Positions 1 to 9,516 are shown, counted from the stretch's first letter. The stretch is DNA of 64,000 bases from an uncultured Gammaproteobacteria bacterium (GCA_964504985.1 CAZDFU010000001.1:21752-85751), one strand, 5' to 3'. The notes: generated by a model from the letters alone, not told the origin. Numbers and translations: made by a program.

Positions 1-572
1 ATTACAGCTTCTTTGCCTATTTTTTTCAGTTTATCCAAAATTCTAATTGCCTCAATAGGTATTCCCTCAAAAACTTTTCTGTCATTTATTAAAACTTTAA
101 AGTCCTTAAAACCTAAGGATTCTAAAGATTTAACAACACAATTAATAATTTCTGCATCAGCCAAAGGGGTATTAAGGCCAACAGTATCAATATCACACTG
201 CAAAAACTCTCTAAATCTCCCTTTTTGGGTGTTCTCAGCCCTCCAAACAGGCTGTATCTGGTATCTTTTAAAAGGGGTGGGGAGCTGGTTTAAATGTTGA
301 GCTGCAACACGCGCTAAAGGTACAGTCTGGTCATACCTTAAAGCAACCCTTCTTTTCCCGTTATCTTCAAACCTATACATTAATTTATCACCTTCTTCAC
401 CATATTTACCCAGAAGTATTTCTTCATACTCCAAAGCAGGAGTTTCCAGGGGTTCAAAACCAAATGATTCAAACACCTTTTTCAAGGCATTTATGACATA
501 TTGTCTTTTCATTGCTTCAGAAGGCAAAAAATCCCTAAATCCTTTTAATGTTTGTATTTTTGATTTATCCAT
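1..572 (-). CDS. hisS: histidyl-tRNA synthetase, N-terminal part (continues beyond window start)
   Basis: Minus-strand translation from ATG at 572-570: MDKSKIQTLKGFRDFLPSEA...RYDQTVPLARV...FKRYQIQPVWRAENTQKGRFREFLQCDID, the HisRS class II motifs. It follows a long-form hisG, so a HisZ paralog is less likely but not excluded. Confidence 0.6.
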   Translation of the reverse strand, partial: MDKSKIQTLKGFRDFLPSEAMKRQYVINALKKVFESFGFEPLETPALEYEEILLGKYGEEGDKLMYRFEDNGKRRVALRYDQTVPLARVAAQHLNQLPTPFKRYQIQPVWRAENTQKGRFREFLQCDIDTVGLNTPLADAEIINCVVKSLESLGFKDFKVLINDRKVFEGIPIEAIRILDKLKKIGKEAV

Positions 573-577
573 ATATT

Positions 578-922
578 TTAGTCAAAACAACTCCATTTTC
601 CTGGTATGTGACATGTTTCACCAACAGGATTAGCTTCGATTAGTAGTGTATCATTATCACAGTCTAGCTGCATAGATAGAACCCTTAAGAAATTTCCTGA
701 GGTTTCTCCCTTTGTCCAAAGCTTTCTTCTTGTTCTTGACCAAAAGGTAACTTTACCAATTTCTAAAGTTTTAGCAAACGCTTCTTCATTCATAAAACCA
801 AGCATAAGCACTTTTCCTGTTATTGTTTCCTGAACAATTGCAGGAAGTAGATTTATCCCAGTTTCAGGATCTGCTATTTTTAAAAAATCTGGTTTTAGTT
901 CACTTTCTCTCATATTAATCAC
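578..922 (-). CDS. hisI: phosphoribosyl-AMP cyclohydrolase
   Basis: 114 aa with a [40 protein letters not shown] core typical of HisI. Confidence 0.8.
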   Translation of the reverse strand: MINMRESELKPDFLKIADPETGINLLPAIVQETITGKVLMLGFMNEEAFAKTLEIGKVTFWSRTRRKLWTKGETSGNFLRVLSMQLDCDNDTLLIEANPVGETCHIPGKWSCFD

Positions 923-938
923 CCCCTTCCTTTAAACC

Positions 939-1934
939 TTAACTAATTGCAAACGGTGGAATTGGTAATCTCCAGCTCTCTCCATAAATTATTTTCATCA
1001 TTCTGGTTGTTTCAGGATCATCAAGATCTGGGATTAGACGTTCAATTGGATTTATAAAAATAGCACGGGCTCCTAGAAGTAACAATCTTTCAATAGTTTC
1101 ATTTTCAGAAGCTTTAGGGATAAGCGTTTCTGCAGCTGACCAGCCTTCTTTTTCCAAAGGCATTTTAGTAGGTGATTCCCGGGTGGGTATATCATTCATA
1201 ATTTCCCGTTCCTGATTTTCGGGGAAATCAAATTTAAGAACTCTATATTGAGTATTCCAAACACCTGTCATAACAGCTCTTAATGTTCTCCATACTATTG
1301 CTTGTGAACCTCTTATATTAGGTAAATCAGGATTAGCAATTAAAACAGCTTGTGAACTTAAAACATCAGCAACTGGTCTAATATTATTAACAATCATGGA
1401 CATACCTGTATCAGATGCTTCTATACAAGCTTGAGCCCAGCCTCTCTTTACTGCTGTTTCTGCGCCCCCATCATATTTTCTAATATTTACATCTATCCCA
1501 AAGCTTCCGAAAAACCTCCTTGTTCCAATTGGGTAACTTGTAGCTATTGTTAACCCTGCTAAACTTTCAGGTTGTAAGTAAGGAATATCATTGCGGACTC
1601 CAAGTTTTAAACTACAGAAACTAAAACCAAGTTCTTTTAGAACAAGGGGAGGAGTTCCATATGAATATTCACCGTATTTATCTAATCCCACTACTCCTAA
1701 ATCAGCTTCCCCCTCAGCAACTGCGCGGGTAATATCCCCATTTCTCATTAAAATGATGTCTAAGCCTTCTATATTAGTTGGACCATCATCCACTCTGTTT
1801 GGTAATTTCCATTTCAAGCTTCCTGCTTGTAATAAAGCAGCAGTTTCATCCCCCAGGTTGGTTTTACCCGTTGGTTTTTGTATTGCTATTGCTAATTTTT
1901 TTTCTAAATTGCTCATAAAAAAACTCCCGTTCAT
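939..1934 (-). CDS. hisG: ATP phosphoribosyltransferase, long form with C-terminal regulatory domain
   Basis: LAIAIQKPTGK...IATSYPIGTRRFF...DTGMSM... plus a C-terminal HisG_C-like region; 331 aa. Confidence 0.8.
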   Translation of the reverse strand: MNGSFFMSNLEKKLAIAIQKPTGKTNLGDETAALLQAGSLKWKLPNRVDDGPTNIEGLDIILMRNGDITRAVAEGEADLGVVGLDKYGEYSYGTPPLVLKELGFSFCSLKLGVRNDIPYLQPESLAGLTIATSYPIGTRRFFGSFGIDVNIRKYDGGAETAVKRGWAQACIEASDTGMSMIVNNIRPVADVLSSQAVLIANPDLPNIRGSQAIVWRTLRAVMTGVWNTQYRVLKFDFPENQEREIMNDIPTRESPTKMPLEKEGWSAAETLIPKASENETIERLLLLGARAIFINPIERLIPDLDDPETTRMMKIIYGESWRLPIPPFAIS

Positions 1935-1937
1935 TAT

Positions 1938-2172
1938 TCACCACCCAAATAGGGTAATGAACAAGGAACGAGAGGTTAATCCATTAAAAAAGGACCTCCC
2001 GCGGTCCCATCCTGTTTCCCTGTACCATTACTGGTACGGGGCTCTTAGTGGCGACTCTACGGTTATCGTGACATCGTCTGTTGTATTTTACAGTTCAACT
2101 TCTGGAATACATTTTTGTATTCAGCTGGTGGATCGTGACTCCACTCATAACGCTTTTTAGATATTTAATTGT
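1938..2172 (-). promoter_or_regulatory. T-box riboswitch leader, probably tRNA-His responsive, upstream of hisG-hisI-hisS
   Basis: ~235-nt leader between a sigma70-like promoter and hisG. The minus strand contains ...ACAGGAUGGGACCGCGGGAGGUCCUUUUUU, resembling the T-box consensus AAUUAGGGUGGNACCGCGG; the UGGG bulge would pair with an NCCA end carrying discriminator C (tRNA-His). A CAC triplet in the upstream stem region is a candidate specifier. A terminator/antiterminator arrangement is present. Confidence 0.5.
1986..2008 (-). terminator. intrinsic terminator (T-box terminator arm)
   Basis: Minus strand reads GGGACCGCGGGAGGUCC followed by UUUUUU: GGACC/GGUCC stem plus a U-tract, just upstream of the hisG start. 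Confidence 0.55.
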
Positions 2173-2178
2173 AAAAGC

Positions 2179-2206
2179 AGTATATCATATAAAAAGAATT
2201 TGTCAA
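2179..2206 (-). promoter_or_regulatory. sigma70-like promoter for the T-box/his leader
   Basis: Minus strand: TTGACA, a 16-nt spacer, then TGaTATACT (extended -10). Confidence 0.45.
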
Positions 2207-2230
2207 ATATACTATCGGCTACCTTAGGTG

Positions 2231-2749
2231 TTAACGTAATCCACCCCCCAGGTGAATGAATCTTCGGATTTTAACTCTGATTCTGGTTATCTTTTCCCAG
2301 CTTACAATCCTAAGGTCTGTGGCAACTCTGGTGAAGATATCTTTTATGGGGTCAACCCAGTAAATTTCTCCGTCCAGGGATTTGAAATTTTCAGGATGAA
2401 GTTCGCATTTGTCAGCCAAAAATTGAGAGCGGGCACAAAGTGTCTCCAAAGGATTAGCAATGCTTTGATCGTCCTTTATAAGATCTTGAATAATCACATA
2501 TGATTTACCCATGCCTTTCACTTTTGAATTTGGTAAATGAACCTTTTCCAAGTTTGAGGTTAGCTCTTGGGCAAATCTTAAATCACTTCTGATAACATTT
2601 GCAGGGGCTTGCCTGGTAAATGTTCCATAAGTAAGCAGCAATAAATGATGCCAAAACCTGGGTACTTTTAAAAGTTTGTCAGGATGGTTAGATGATGCCT
2701 TCCAAACAATATGCTCATGCCCCTTATCAAAAAATACTCTTTCTCCCAT
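2231..2749 (-). CDS. hypothetical protein
   Basis: 172-aa ORF with no recognisable motif; it fills the gap between the his leader and the downstream gene. Confidence 0.45.
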   Translation of the reverse strand: MGERVFFDKGHEHIVWKASSNHPDKLLKVPRFWHHLLLLTYGTFTRQAPANVIRSDLRFAQELTSNLEKVHLPNSKVKGMGKSYVIIQDLIKDDQSIANPLETLCARSQFLADKCELHPENFKSLDGEIYWVDPIKDIFTRVATDLRIVSWEKITRIRVKIRRFIHLGGGLR

Positions 2750-2814
2750 ACTTAAGTATGGAATTTTAGCAAATATTGACAGTTTTGTGGAAAGTTTAGT
2801 AAGGTAGTAGCGGT

Positions 2815-3522
2815 ATGGTTAAATCAGCAATAATTTTGGCAGGAGGTAAGGGTGAAAGGCTAAGGCCTTATACTAATGACCGTCCTAAGGTAATGGTGGA
2901 GCTGGATGGTAAGCCCATTCTAGCTTGGCAGATAGAATGGTTAAAATCCCATGGCATCAAAAAATTTGTTTTAACAGTTAGTTATAAATATGAGGTAGTA
3001 CAAAAGTATTTTGGAGACGGGTCTAAATTTGGAATAGAGGTAGATTATTCAATTGAAGACACCCCCTTAGGCAGGGGAGGAGGCATTAAAAAAGCCTTCA
3101 AAAGCTCTTTAATTGCTGATGAGCAAGATGTGGTGGTTTGTAACGGGGATATTATTACCAAACTCAATTTGGATGAGATGATAAGCGGGCATTTAAAGGA
3201 GCAATCCTTAATAACCCTTTTACTGGTGCCCTATCTATCCAGATGGGGGGTGGTTAAGATAGATGAACAAAATCATGTGATAGGGTTTGAGGAAAAACCA
3301 AAATTGCCTTATTGGATCAATGGGGGGATCTATATTTTTAATAAAAAAGTTGAGCCTTTTTTACCAGAGATTGGAGATCATGAAAAAGAAACTTTCCCCA
3401 AAATCACCAGGGAAAAATTTTTAGGATTTAAAGATGAAGGGTTCTGGAGGGCTGTAGATGTGGTAAAGGATAAGTCAGAAGCAGAAGAGTTTTTAAGCAA
3501 TGGCAAGGAAGATTTCAGCTGA
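2815..3522 (+). CDS. sugar-phosphate nucleotidyltransferase (NTP_transferase family)
   Basis: N-terminal AIILAGGKGERLRPYTNDRPKVMVELDGKPIL matches the G-x-G-x-R-L signature of sugar-1-P nucleotidyltransferases. Confidence 0.7.
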   Translation: MVKSAIILAGGKGERLRPYTNDRPKVMVELDGKPILAWQIEWLKSHGIKKFVLTVSYKYEVVQKYFGDGSKFGIEVDYSIEDTPLGRGGGIKKAFKSSLIADEQDVVVCNGDIITKLNLDEMISGHLKEQSLITLLLVPYLSRWGVVKIDEQNHVIGFEEKPKLPYWINGGIYIFNKKVEPFLPEIGDHEKETFPKITREKFLGFKDEGFWRAVDVVKDKSEAEEFLSNGKEDFS

Positions 3523-4239
3523 TTATTTCTTCTTGGGAGAGTTAATTTTGGCTGAAGGTGTAGCTAACTTGGCAGATGGTGCGGCAGTCTTTTTAGTTTT
3601 TAGAAATCCTCCTTGCGGAATAATGTAGGTATATTCTGCTTCAAAAATATCATTTTTGCCTAAACTGCCTGTTAAAATAACAAAATTACCAATTTTTAGC
3701 TTAGGTGAATCAGAAACTGAGAAAGCAATACTTTTTAAGTTTTTGTCTTTTAAAGTAAGCAGTTCATCAGAGATTGAAATGATTTGACCCCAAAGAAAAG
3801 TTTTTTTCACACCTTTAGGTTTAGTAAGTAATATAATCTTTTTGGCAGTTAATACTCCTTGCTCGTCTATATCTCCTAAAGCAACCAAATAATCTTCCTC
3901 AGAAATACTTTTTTGGGAAAATTTTGTTTTTGATTTAATATTACTCTCAAATACAGTGTCCTGATTTAAGTTGACTATTTTTGGGCCTGTTTTGGTAGTT
4001 AGGGTTAGAGAGGAGTCCAGTTTTGTTTTAACCTCTCCAGCATAGGCCCTGTTTTTTAATTTATTATTGACTTCTTGTTTTAACTTAGCAGCTTTTGAAG
4101 CAATTTGTTTTTTTAGCTCTTCCAGTTTGACTTTGATATCAGCAGAAGGGCTGCCTTCAAGAGCTTGTGCTTTTGGGGTTGAGAAAAAGAGGATAAGAAT
4201 TAATATTATAATTTTCAATTTTCCATTATCCATTTTCAA
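3523..4239 (-). CDS. secreted hypothetical protein (signal peptide)
   Basis: N-terminal KLKIIILILILFFSTPKAQA signal-like segment; Lys-rich. Confidence 0.45.
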   Translation of the reverse strand: MKMDNGKLKIIILILILFFSTPKAQALEGSPSADIKVKLEELKKQIASKAAKLKQEVNNKLKNRAYAGEVKTKLDSSLTLTTKTGPKIVNLNQDTVFESNIKSKTKFSQKSISEEDYLVALGDIDEQGVLTAKKIILLTKPKGVKKTFLWGQIISISDELLTLKDKNLKSIAFSVSDSPKLKIGNFVILTGSLGKNDIFEAEYTYIIPQGGFLKTKKTAAPSAKLATPSAKINSPKKK

Positions 4240-4244
4240 TTTCC

Positions 4245-4679
4245 TCAGATTGTTTCCTTTGAATAGTAAACTGTCCTTTCGATACTTCTTGTATCTCCAT
4301 CAGTACCAAAAACAGCAGTTGTTATTGTATTTACTCCTTCTTTTAAATTTAAAACTGTTGAAAATGAGCCATCCTGCTTTGACTTAATAACTAAATCCTG
4401 TGAATCTGAAAAAATCAAAACGTCTTTTACAGATGAGGTTTGTCCGGATATTACGATGGAGCTTTGGGAAGTTAAACTGTCATCTGCAGGTTGGTCTAAA
4501 TCCAATCTTAAAGTTTTTGGAGCACTGGTAACAGGCCCTCTTAGAAAGGGTTTTAAAGGTTGTTGATATTGGATATTTAAAATATAGTAAAGTCCTGATA
4601 AGAAAACTAAACCAAAGATAAGAATAAGGAAATGAAAGAAAATAAAATATTTAGTGGAAATTTTCTGGGTCAGCTTCAC
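4245..4679 (-). CDS. membrane-anchored hypothetical protein
   Basis: N-terminal TM helix followed by a Ser/Thr-rich segment. Confidence 0.4.
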   Translation of the reverse strand: MKLTQKISTKYFIFFHFLILIFGLVFLSGLYYILNIQYQQPLKPFLRGPVTSAPKTLRLDLDQPADDSLTSQSSIVISGQTSSVKDVLIFSDSQDLVIKSKQDGSFSTVLNLKEGVNTITTAVFGTDGDTRSIERTVYYSKETI

Positions 4680-4752
4680 AAAAACATTTTAGCACACTTT
4701 TCTTCTTTTGAGGGATTGTTTGAGCAGTAACTTTTTGCTACTATCGTTTCCT

Positions 4753-5409
4753 ATGGATATTTATTGGTTGGGGCAAGCATGTTTTAAGCTAAAAGGAAAA
4801 AAAGCTTCTGTAATTATAGATCCATACAAAAGTGAATTTACAGGATTAAAACTTCCCAAAGACCTGTCTTGTGATGTAGGTTTATCCACTCATGACCATG
4901 ATGATCACAATAACACTGCTATATTAATTTCTCCCTCAGGCGGAAAGCCTATGGTATTTAAAGATCCTGGTGAATATGAGGTAGCAGGAGTGGTAATAGC
5001 GGGTATAAATTCATCCCATGATGATAAAGGCGGTGCGGAAAGAGGAAAAAATACCATTTACCATCTGATGTTTGATGGCTTAAATATTGTTCATTTGGGG
5101 GATTTGGGCCAGCCGGAATTAACAGAAGATCAACTTGCTCAAATTGGAGAAGTTGATATTTTACTAATTCCTGTAGGGTCAGTTTATACTATTGATGGTA
5201 AAAGAGCCTCTTCGATTGTTTCGCAAATTGAGCCTAAAATTATTATACCAATGCATTATAAAACAGAGGAGCTTAAGTTTGAACTGGAAGGGGTTGAAGG
5301 TTTTTTGAAAGAGATGGGGGTTGAGAATATTACCCCTCAGCCAAAATTGTCCATTACCAAAGACAAGCTGCCCGAAGAACCGATGGTAGTTTTGCTTAGC
5401 AAAACTTAA
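4753..5409 (+). CDS. MBL-fold metal-dependent hydrolase (UPF0173-like)
   Basis: MDIYWLGQACFKLKG...STHDHDDH motif; start taken at the internal Met. Confidence 0.7.
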   Translation: MDIYWLGQACFKLKGKKASVIIDPYKSEFTGLKLPKDLSCDVGLSTHDHDDHNNTAILISPSGGKPMVFKDPGEYEVAGVVIAGINSSHDDKGGAERGKNTIYHLMFDGLNIVHLGDLGQPELTEDQLAQIGEVDILLIPVGSVYTIDGKRASSIVSQIEPKIIIPMHYKTEELKFELEGVEGFLKEMGVENITPQPKLSITKDKLPEEPMVVLLSKT

Positions 5410-5414
5410 ATTTT

Positions 5415-6782
5415 ATGCCTCAGGTAACTAAACTTCCGCCTCAGAATATAGAAGCAGAACAATCTTTATTGGGGAGCTTGCTTATTGATAAAGATTCAAT
5501 TGTACGGATTTCAGAAATAATACACCCTTCTCATTTCTACAGAATAGACCAACATGGACCAATTTTTGAAGCAGTCCAATCTTTGTTTGAGAAAAGAGAG
5601 CCTGTTGATCTGGTGACAGTTACAGAGGAGCTAAAAAGAAAAGGCCATTATGATAAGATTGGCGGGTCAGCTTATCTTACAACCCTTGTTAATACTGTTC
5701 CAACCTCAGCCCATATTGAACATTACGCTAGGATTATAAAAGCCCATGCAGTCAGAAGGAACTTGATTGTCCAGGCCACTAAATTAATTGAAAGGGCATA
5801 TAACGAATCTGAGGATGTTGATCAGCTTTTGGAGGCTGCTGAAGCAGGTATTTTTGCGATATCCCAGGAACATGTCAGCCGTGACTTTTTGCCTATCAGA
5901 GAGGCTTTAACTCAATCTTTTGACCGCTTGGATGAATTGCAAAAATCTTCTGGAAAACTCCGCGGGGTTCCAACAGGCTTTAGGGATTTGGATAGTAAAC
6001 TGGCAGGCATGCAAAATTCAAATCTGATAATTTTGGCTTCAAGGCCCGGTCAGGGAAAAACTTCCATGGCTTTAAATATTGCCCAATATGTGGCAGTTGT
6101 GGCTGGGCTGCCTGTTGGAATTTTTTCTTTGGAAATGAGCCAGGAAGAACTGGTTGATAGATTATTGATAGCCCAGGCTGATATTGATGCCTGGAAACTT
6201 AAAACAGGCAGATTAGATGAGAGGGATTTCGATAAACTTTCTTTGGCAATGGGTGAATTGGCTGAGGCACCTGTTTTTATTGATGATACCCCAGGGATTA
6301 CCATTTCTGAGATGAGGACAAAGGCCAGAAGGCTGCAGATTGAACATGGATTAAGATTCTTGATTGTGGATTATCTGCAGCTTGTTAAGGGAAGAAATTT
6401 GGAAAACAGGGTGCAGGAAGTTTCTGAAATTTCCCAAAACCTTAAAAATTTGGCCAGGGAGTTGAAGATTCCAGTTTTAGCGATAAGTCAATTATCAAGA
6501 GCTGTTGAACAAAGAGGTACCAGAAAGCCTCAGCTGGCAGACCTTAGGGAGTCTGGAGCTATAGAGCAGGATGCAGACGTGGTGATGTTTATTTATAGGG
6601 AAGATCCAGAAAGGATGGAGTTGGTTACCCTGGATATTCAAAAACATAGGAATGGGCCTGTTGGAGAGGTTTCATTAATGTTTAGGGCTGATAGGACTAA
6701 GTTTTATGGTTTGGAAAAGGCCAGGAGTATAACTAAGCCTGCCTCAGAGAAAGAATCTAAAGAAACTCCAGTTGCTGCTTAA
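5415..6782 (+). CDS. dnaB: replicative DNA helicase DnaB
   Basis: N-terminal LPPQNIEAEQSLLGSLL, Walker A GQGKTS and the RecA-like C-terminal domain; 455 aa with no intein. Confidence 0.9.
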   Translation: MPQVTKLPPQNIEAEQSLLGSLLIDKDSIVRISEIIHPSHFYRIDQHGPIFEAVQSLFEKREPVDLVTVTEELKRKGHYDKIGGSAYLTTLVNTVPTSAHIEHYARIIKAHAVRRNLIVQATKLIERAYNESEDVDQLLEAAEAGIFAISQEHVSRDFLPIREALTQSFDRLDELQKSSGKLRGVPTGFRDLDSKLAGMQNSNLIILASRPGQGKTSMALNIAQYVAVVAGLPVGIFSLEMSQEELVDRLLIAQADIDAWKLKTGRLDERDFDKLSLAMGELAEAPVFIDDTPGITISEMRTKARRLQIEHGLRFLIVDYLQLVKGRNLENRVQEVSEISQNLKNLARELKIPVLAISQLSRAVEQRGTRKPQLADLRESGAIEQDADVVMFIYREDPERMELVTLDIQKHRNGPVGEVSLMFRADRTKFYGLEKARSITKPASEKESKETPVAA

Positions 6783-6805
6783 TTATTTAATACAGGAACA
6801 GTTTG

Positions 6806-6889
6806 TGCCGGAGGAGGGAGTCGAACCCACATGAGCTTTTGGCTCAAAGGTTTTTGAGACCTTCGCGTCTGCCATTCCGCCACTCCGGC
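6806..6889 (-). tRNA. tRNA-Leu (anticodon CAA)
   Basis: Reverse complement GCCGGAGTGGCGGAATGGCAGACGCGAAGGTCTCAAAAACCTTTGAGCCAAAAGCTCATGTGGGTTCGACTCCCTCCTCCGGCA: 7-bp acceptor stem, anticodon loop CUCAAAA, long variable arm (type II), T-arm GGTTCGACTCC. Confidence 0.8.
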
Positions 6890-6933
6890 TCAGAATTGAA
6901 TTATACCAATATTTAAGCTAAACTCACAGCTAT

Positions 6934-9498
6934 ATGAGCAAACACAGATTACCCGTGCATATTAAACCCGAAAGATATAAAATCATGCTCAAACCTGACT
7001 TGGAGCAATTCAGCTTTGAGGGTGAGGAAACAATTTATCTGATTTTAGAAAAATCCACCAAACAAATTACCCTGCATAGTGTTGATTTGGAAATTTTATC
7101 AGCTGACTGGATTCATAAATCTAAAGAGGTTTGGGCTGGGAAAATTTCTTATGATCAAAAAGCAGAAACAGCAACCCTAACTTTTCCTAAAAATTTGGAA
7201 AAAGGAAAAGGGGAATTAATACTTAAATTCAAAGGGATTTTAAATGATAAAATGAGGGGTTTTTATAGAAGTAGATTTGAGCACAGTGGGGAAGTAAAAC
7301 ACCTGGCTGCCACTCAGTTTGAATCAACTGATGCAAGAAGGGCATTCCCAAGTTTTGATGAGCCATCTCAAAAAGCTATTTTTGATGTGACATTAATGAT
7401 TCCTGCTCACACCATAGCCATTTCCAATACCTTAGAATCTGCTGTTTCTGAGCATGAAAGCGGGTTAAAAATTGTCGAGTTTGAACCCACCCCAAAGATG
7501 AGTACCTATCTTTTAGCATTTATTGTAGGTGAGTTTGAATATATTGAAGGAAAAACAAAGGATAATGTTGTAGTAAGAGTTTTTACCACCCCTGGTAAAA
7601 AAGAGCAGGTTAAATTTGCTTTGGAGGTAGCTATAAAATGTTTAGAATTTTATAACAACTATTTCAGGATTGATTACCCTCTTCCAGTTTTAGATATGAT
7701 TGCTATCCCTGATTTTGCAGCAGGGGCTATGGAGAATTGGGGGGCAGTAACTTACAGGGAATCTACCCTCTTGGTTGATGAAGCACAAACCTCCACAGCC
7801 AATAAGCAATGGGTAGCTATGGTAATTGCCCATGAGTTAGCACACCAGTGGTTTGGGAATTTAGTAACAATGGAATGGTGGACCCATCTTTGGTTAAATG
7901 AAGGTTTTGCCTCATTTATTGAGTATTTGGCTATTGATCATATTTTTCCCCAGTGGGATATCTGGACTCAATTTGTGGCTCAGGAAACAGGCAGTGCTTA
8001 CCAACTGGATGCTTTAAATAACACTCATCCAATAGAAATTAGTGTTGGACATCCAGCAGAGATTTCAGAGATTTTTGATAAGGTTTCCTATTCCAAAGGG
8101 GCCTCAATTTTAAGGATGCTTCATGAATATTTAGGGGCTAAAGATTTTCAAAAAGGATTGCAACATTATCTTAAACGGCATGCGTATTCTAATGCTCGAA
8201 CAGAAGATTTATGGAGGGCGTTAGAAGAAAAGAGTGGTAAACCGGTGAGAAAAGTGATGGCAAATTGGACATCAAAAGCAGGGCACCCATTAATAAGTGT
8301 AAAGTGCAAAGTGAAAAGTGAAAAGTTAGAATTAAGACAAAGCAGATTTTTCTCCAGTCCCATTTCCAGAGAAGAAAGCAAAGATAAAACAGTTTGGAAT
8401 ATTCCACTAAAAGTAGGAGGTAAACAATTATTAATGGATAAAAAATCCCTAGGTGTCAAGCTAGTCCACCTCCCAGGTGGGATAAAGGTGAATGCAGGGG
8501 AAGCTAGTTTTGTCAGGGTAGATTATCCTCATGAATTATTAAAAAAACTTGAAGGGACTATTAAGGAGGGTGGTCTGACTGCACCTGATAGATTAGGTTT
8601 GATAAGAGATACTTTTGGGTTGGCTCAATCCGGCCAGACCCCTACAACTTCAGCTTTAGAATTGGCTTTGGCTTATAAATATGAGGAAGATTATACTGTC
8701 TGGGCAGAGCTCACAGGACATTTGTCCCAGCTTGACAGCTTGTTAGCTTATGAAGTTTTCTACAACCAATTTAGAATTTATGGACAAAAAATATATAAAG
8801 ATATTGCAGATAAAATGGGATGGGAAAAAAGAAGAGAAGATAAGCATACAGATTCCTTGCTCCGGGGGATGGTTTTAAACATGCTGGGTAAATTTGGTGA
8901 TGAAGAAGTTATAAAAAAGGCTCAGGATTTATATGGATCCCTGATCAAGTCAGGGATGACAAATAGTATTGATCCTGATTTAAAAGGAGTTGTATATAAC
9001 CTGGTGGCTGAAAATGGTAATAAATCTGAATGGAATAGCTTGGTTAAGATGTATAAAGAAGAAGAAAACCAGCAGGAAAAAGACAGGATTGGCAGAAGTT
9101 TAGGGCATTTTAAAAGTAAATCTTATCTTTTGAAAAGTTTGGAGTTTTCCATATCAAAACATGTTAGGTTCCAAAATAGTTTGGGGATTATTGCTTCTGT
9201 TTGGGGAAATCCCCACGGAAGGTATTTAGCATGGGAATTTGTTAAAAGTAACTGGAAACTTTTAAAGGAAAGGTATGCAGGCGGTCATTATTTTACCAGG
9301 GTATTTGCTTCTGCAGGAGAGTTTACTAAAGTTTCTGATGCCAAAGATATTGAAAAGTTTGCAAGGATTAATCCTGTGCCTGAAGCCAAAAGAACTATTG
9401 CCCAGGTTTTAGAACAAATTTATTCAAATGTGGAATGGCTAAAAAGGGATAAACAAAAAATCAAAAAAATTCTGCAAAATCCCCAGGTGTCAAGCTAG
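6934..9498 (+). CDS. pepN: M1-family aminopeptidase (aminopeptidase N-like)
   Basis: GAMENWG exopeptidase motif and HELAHQWFGNLVTMEWW...LWLNEGFA zinc-binding HEXXH-(18)-E signature. Confidence 0.85.
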   Translation: MSKHRLPVHIKPERYKIMLKPDLEQFSFEGEETIYLILEKSTKQITLHSVDLEILSADWIHKSKEVWAGKISYDQKAETATLTFPKNLEKGKGELILKFKGILNDKMRGFYRSRFEHSGEVKHLAATQFESTDARRAFPSFDEPSQKAIFDVTLMIPAHTIAISNTLESAVSEHESGLKIVEFEPTPKMSTYLLAFIVGEFEYIEGKTKDNVVVRVFTTPGKKEQVKFALEVAIKCLEFYNNYFRIDYPLPVLDMIAIPDFAAGAMENWGAVTYRESTLLVDEAQTSTANKQWVAMVIAHELAHQWFGNLVTMEWWTHLWLNEGFASFIEYLAIDHIFPQWDIWTQFVAQETGSAYQLDALNNTHPIEISVGHPAEISEIFDKVSYSKGASILRMLHEYLGAKDFQKGLQHYLKRHAYSNARTEDLWRALEEKSGKPVRKVMANWTSKAGHPLISVKCKVKSEKLELRQSRFFSSPISREESKDKTVWNIPLKVGGKQLLMDKKSLGVKLVHLPGGIKVNAGEASFVRVDYPHELLKKLEGTIKEGGLTAPDRLGLIRDTFGLAQSGQTPTTSALELALAYKYEEDYTVWAELTGHLSQLDSLLAYEVFYNQFRIYGQKIYKDIADKMGWEKRREDKHTDSLLRGMVLNMLGKFGDEEVIKKAQDLYGSLIKSGMTNSIDPDLKGVVYNLVAENGNKSEWNSLVKMYKEEENQQEKDRIGRSLGHFKSKSYLLKSLEFSISKHVRFQNSLGIIASVWGNPHGRYLAWEFVKSNWKLLKERYAGGHYFTRVFASAGEFTKVSDAKDIEKFARINPVPEAKRTIAQVLEQIYSNVEWLKRDKQKIKKILQNPQVSS
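8447..8482. repeat. dispersed hairpin repeat, copy A (in-frame inside pepN)
   Basis: CCCTAGGTGTCAAGCTAGTCCACCTCCCAGGTGGGA; contains a CCACCT/AGGTGG inverted repeat; 35/36 identical to copy B. Confidence 0.7.
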
Positions 9499-9516
9499 TC
9501 CACCTCCCAGGTGGGA
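9481..9516. repeat. dispersed hairpin repeat, copy B (supplies the pepN stop codon)
   Basis: CCCCAGGTGTCAAGCTAGTCCACCTCCCAGGTGGGA; one frame-step relative to copy A, so TAG within the repeat terminates pepN. Confidence 0.7.

Noticed and set aside
13-300. 95-aa plus-strand ORF
   Set aside because: Overlaps antisense to the well-supported HisRS coding sequence.
1591-2160. 189-aa plus-strand ORF
   Set aside because: Antisense to the hisG 5' end and the T-box leader; no motif; explained by the minus-strand features.
6050-6304. Antisense ORF inside dnaB
   Set aside because: Embedded in a high-confidence helicase gene.
8166-8459. Antisense ORFs inside pepN
   Set aside because: Embedded in the aminopeptidase gene; no support.
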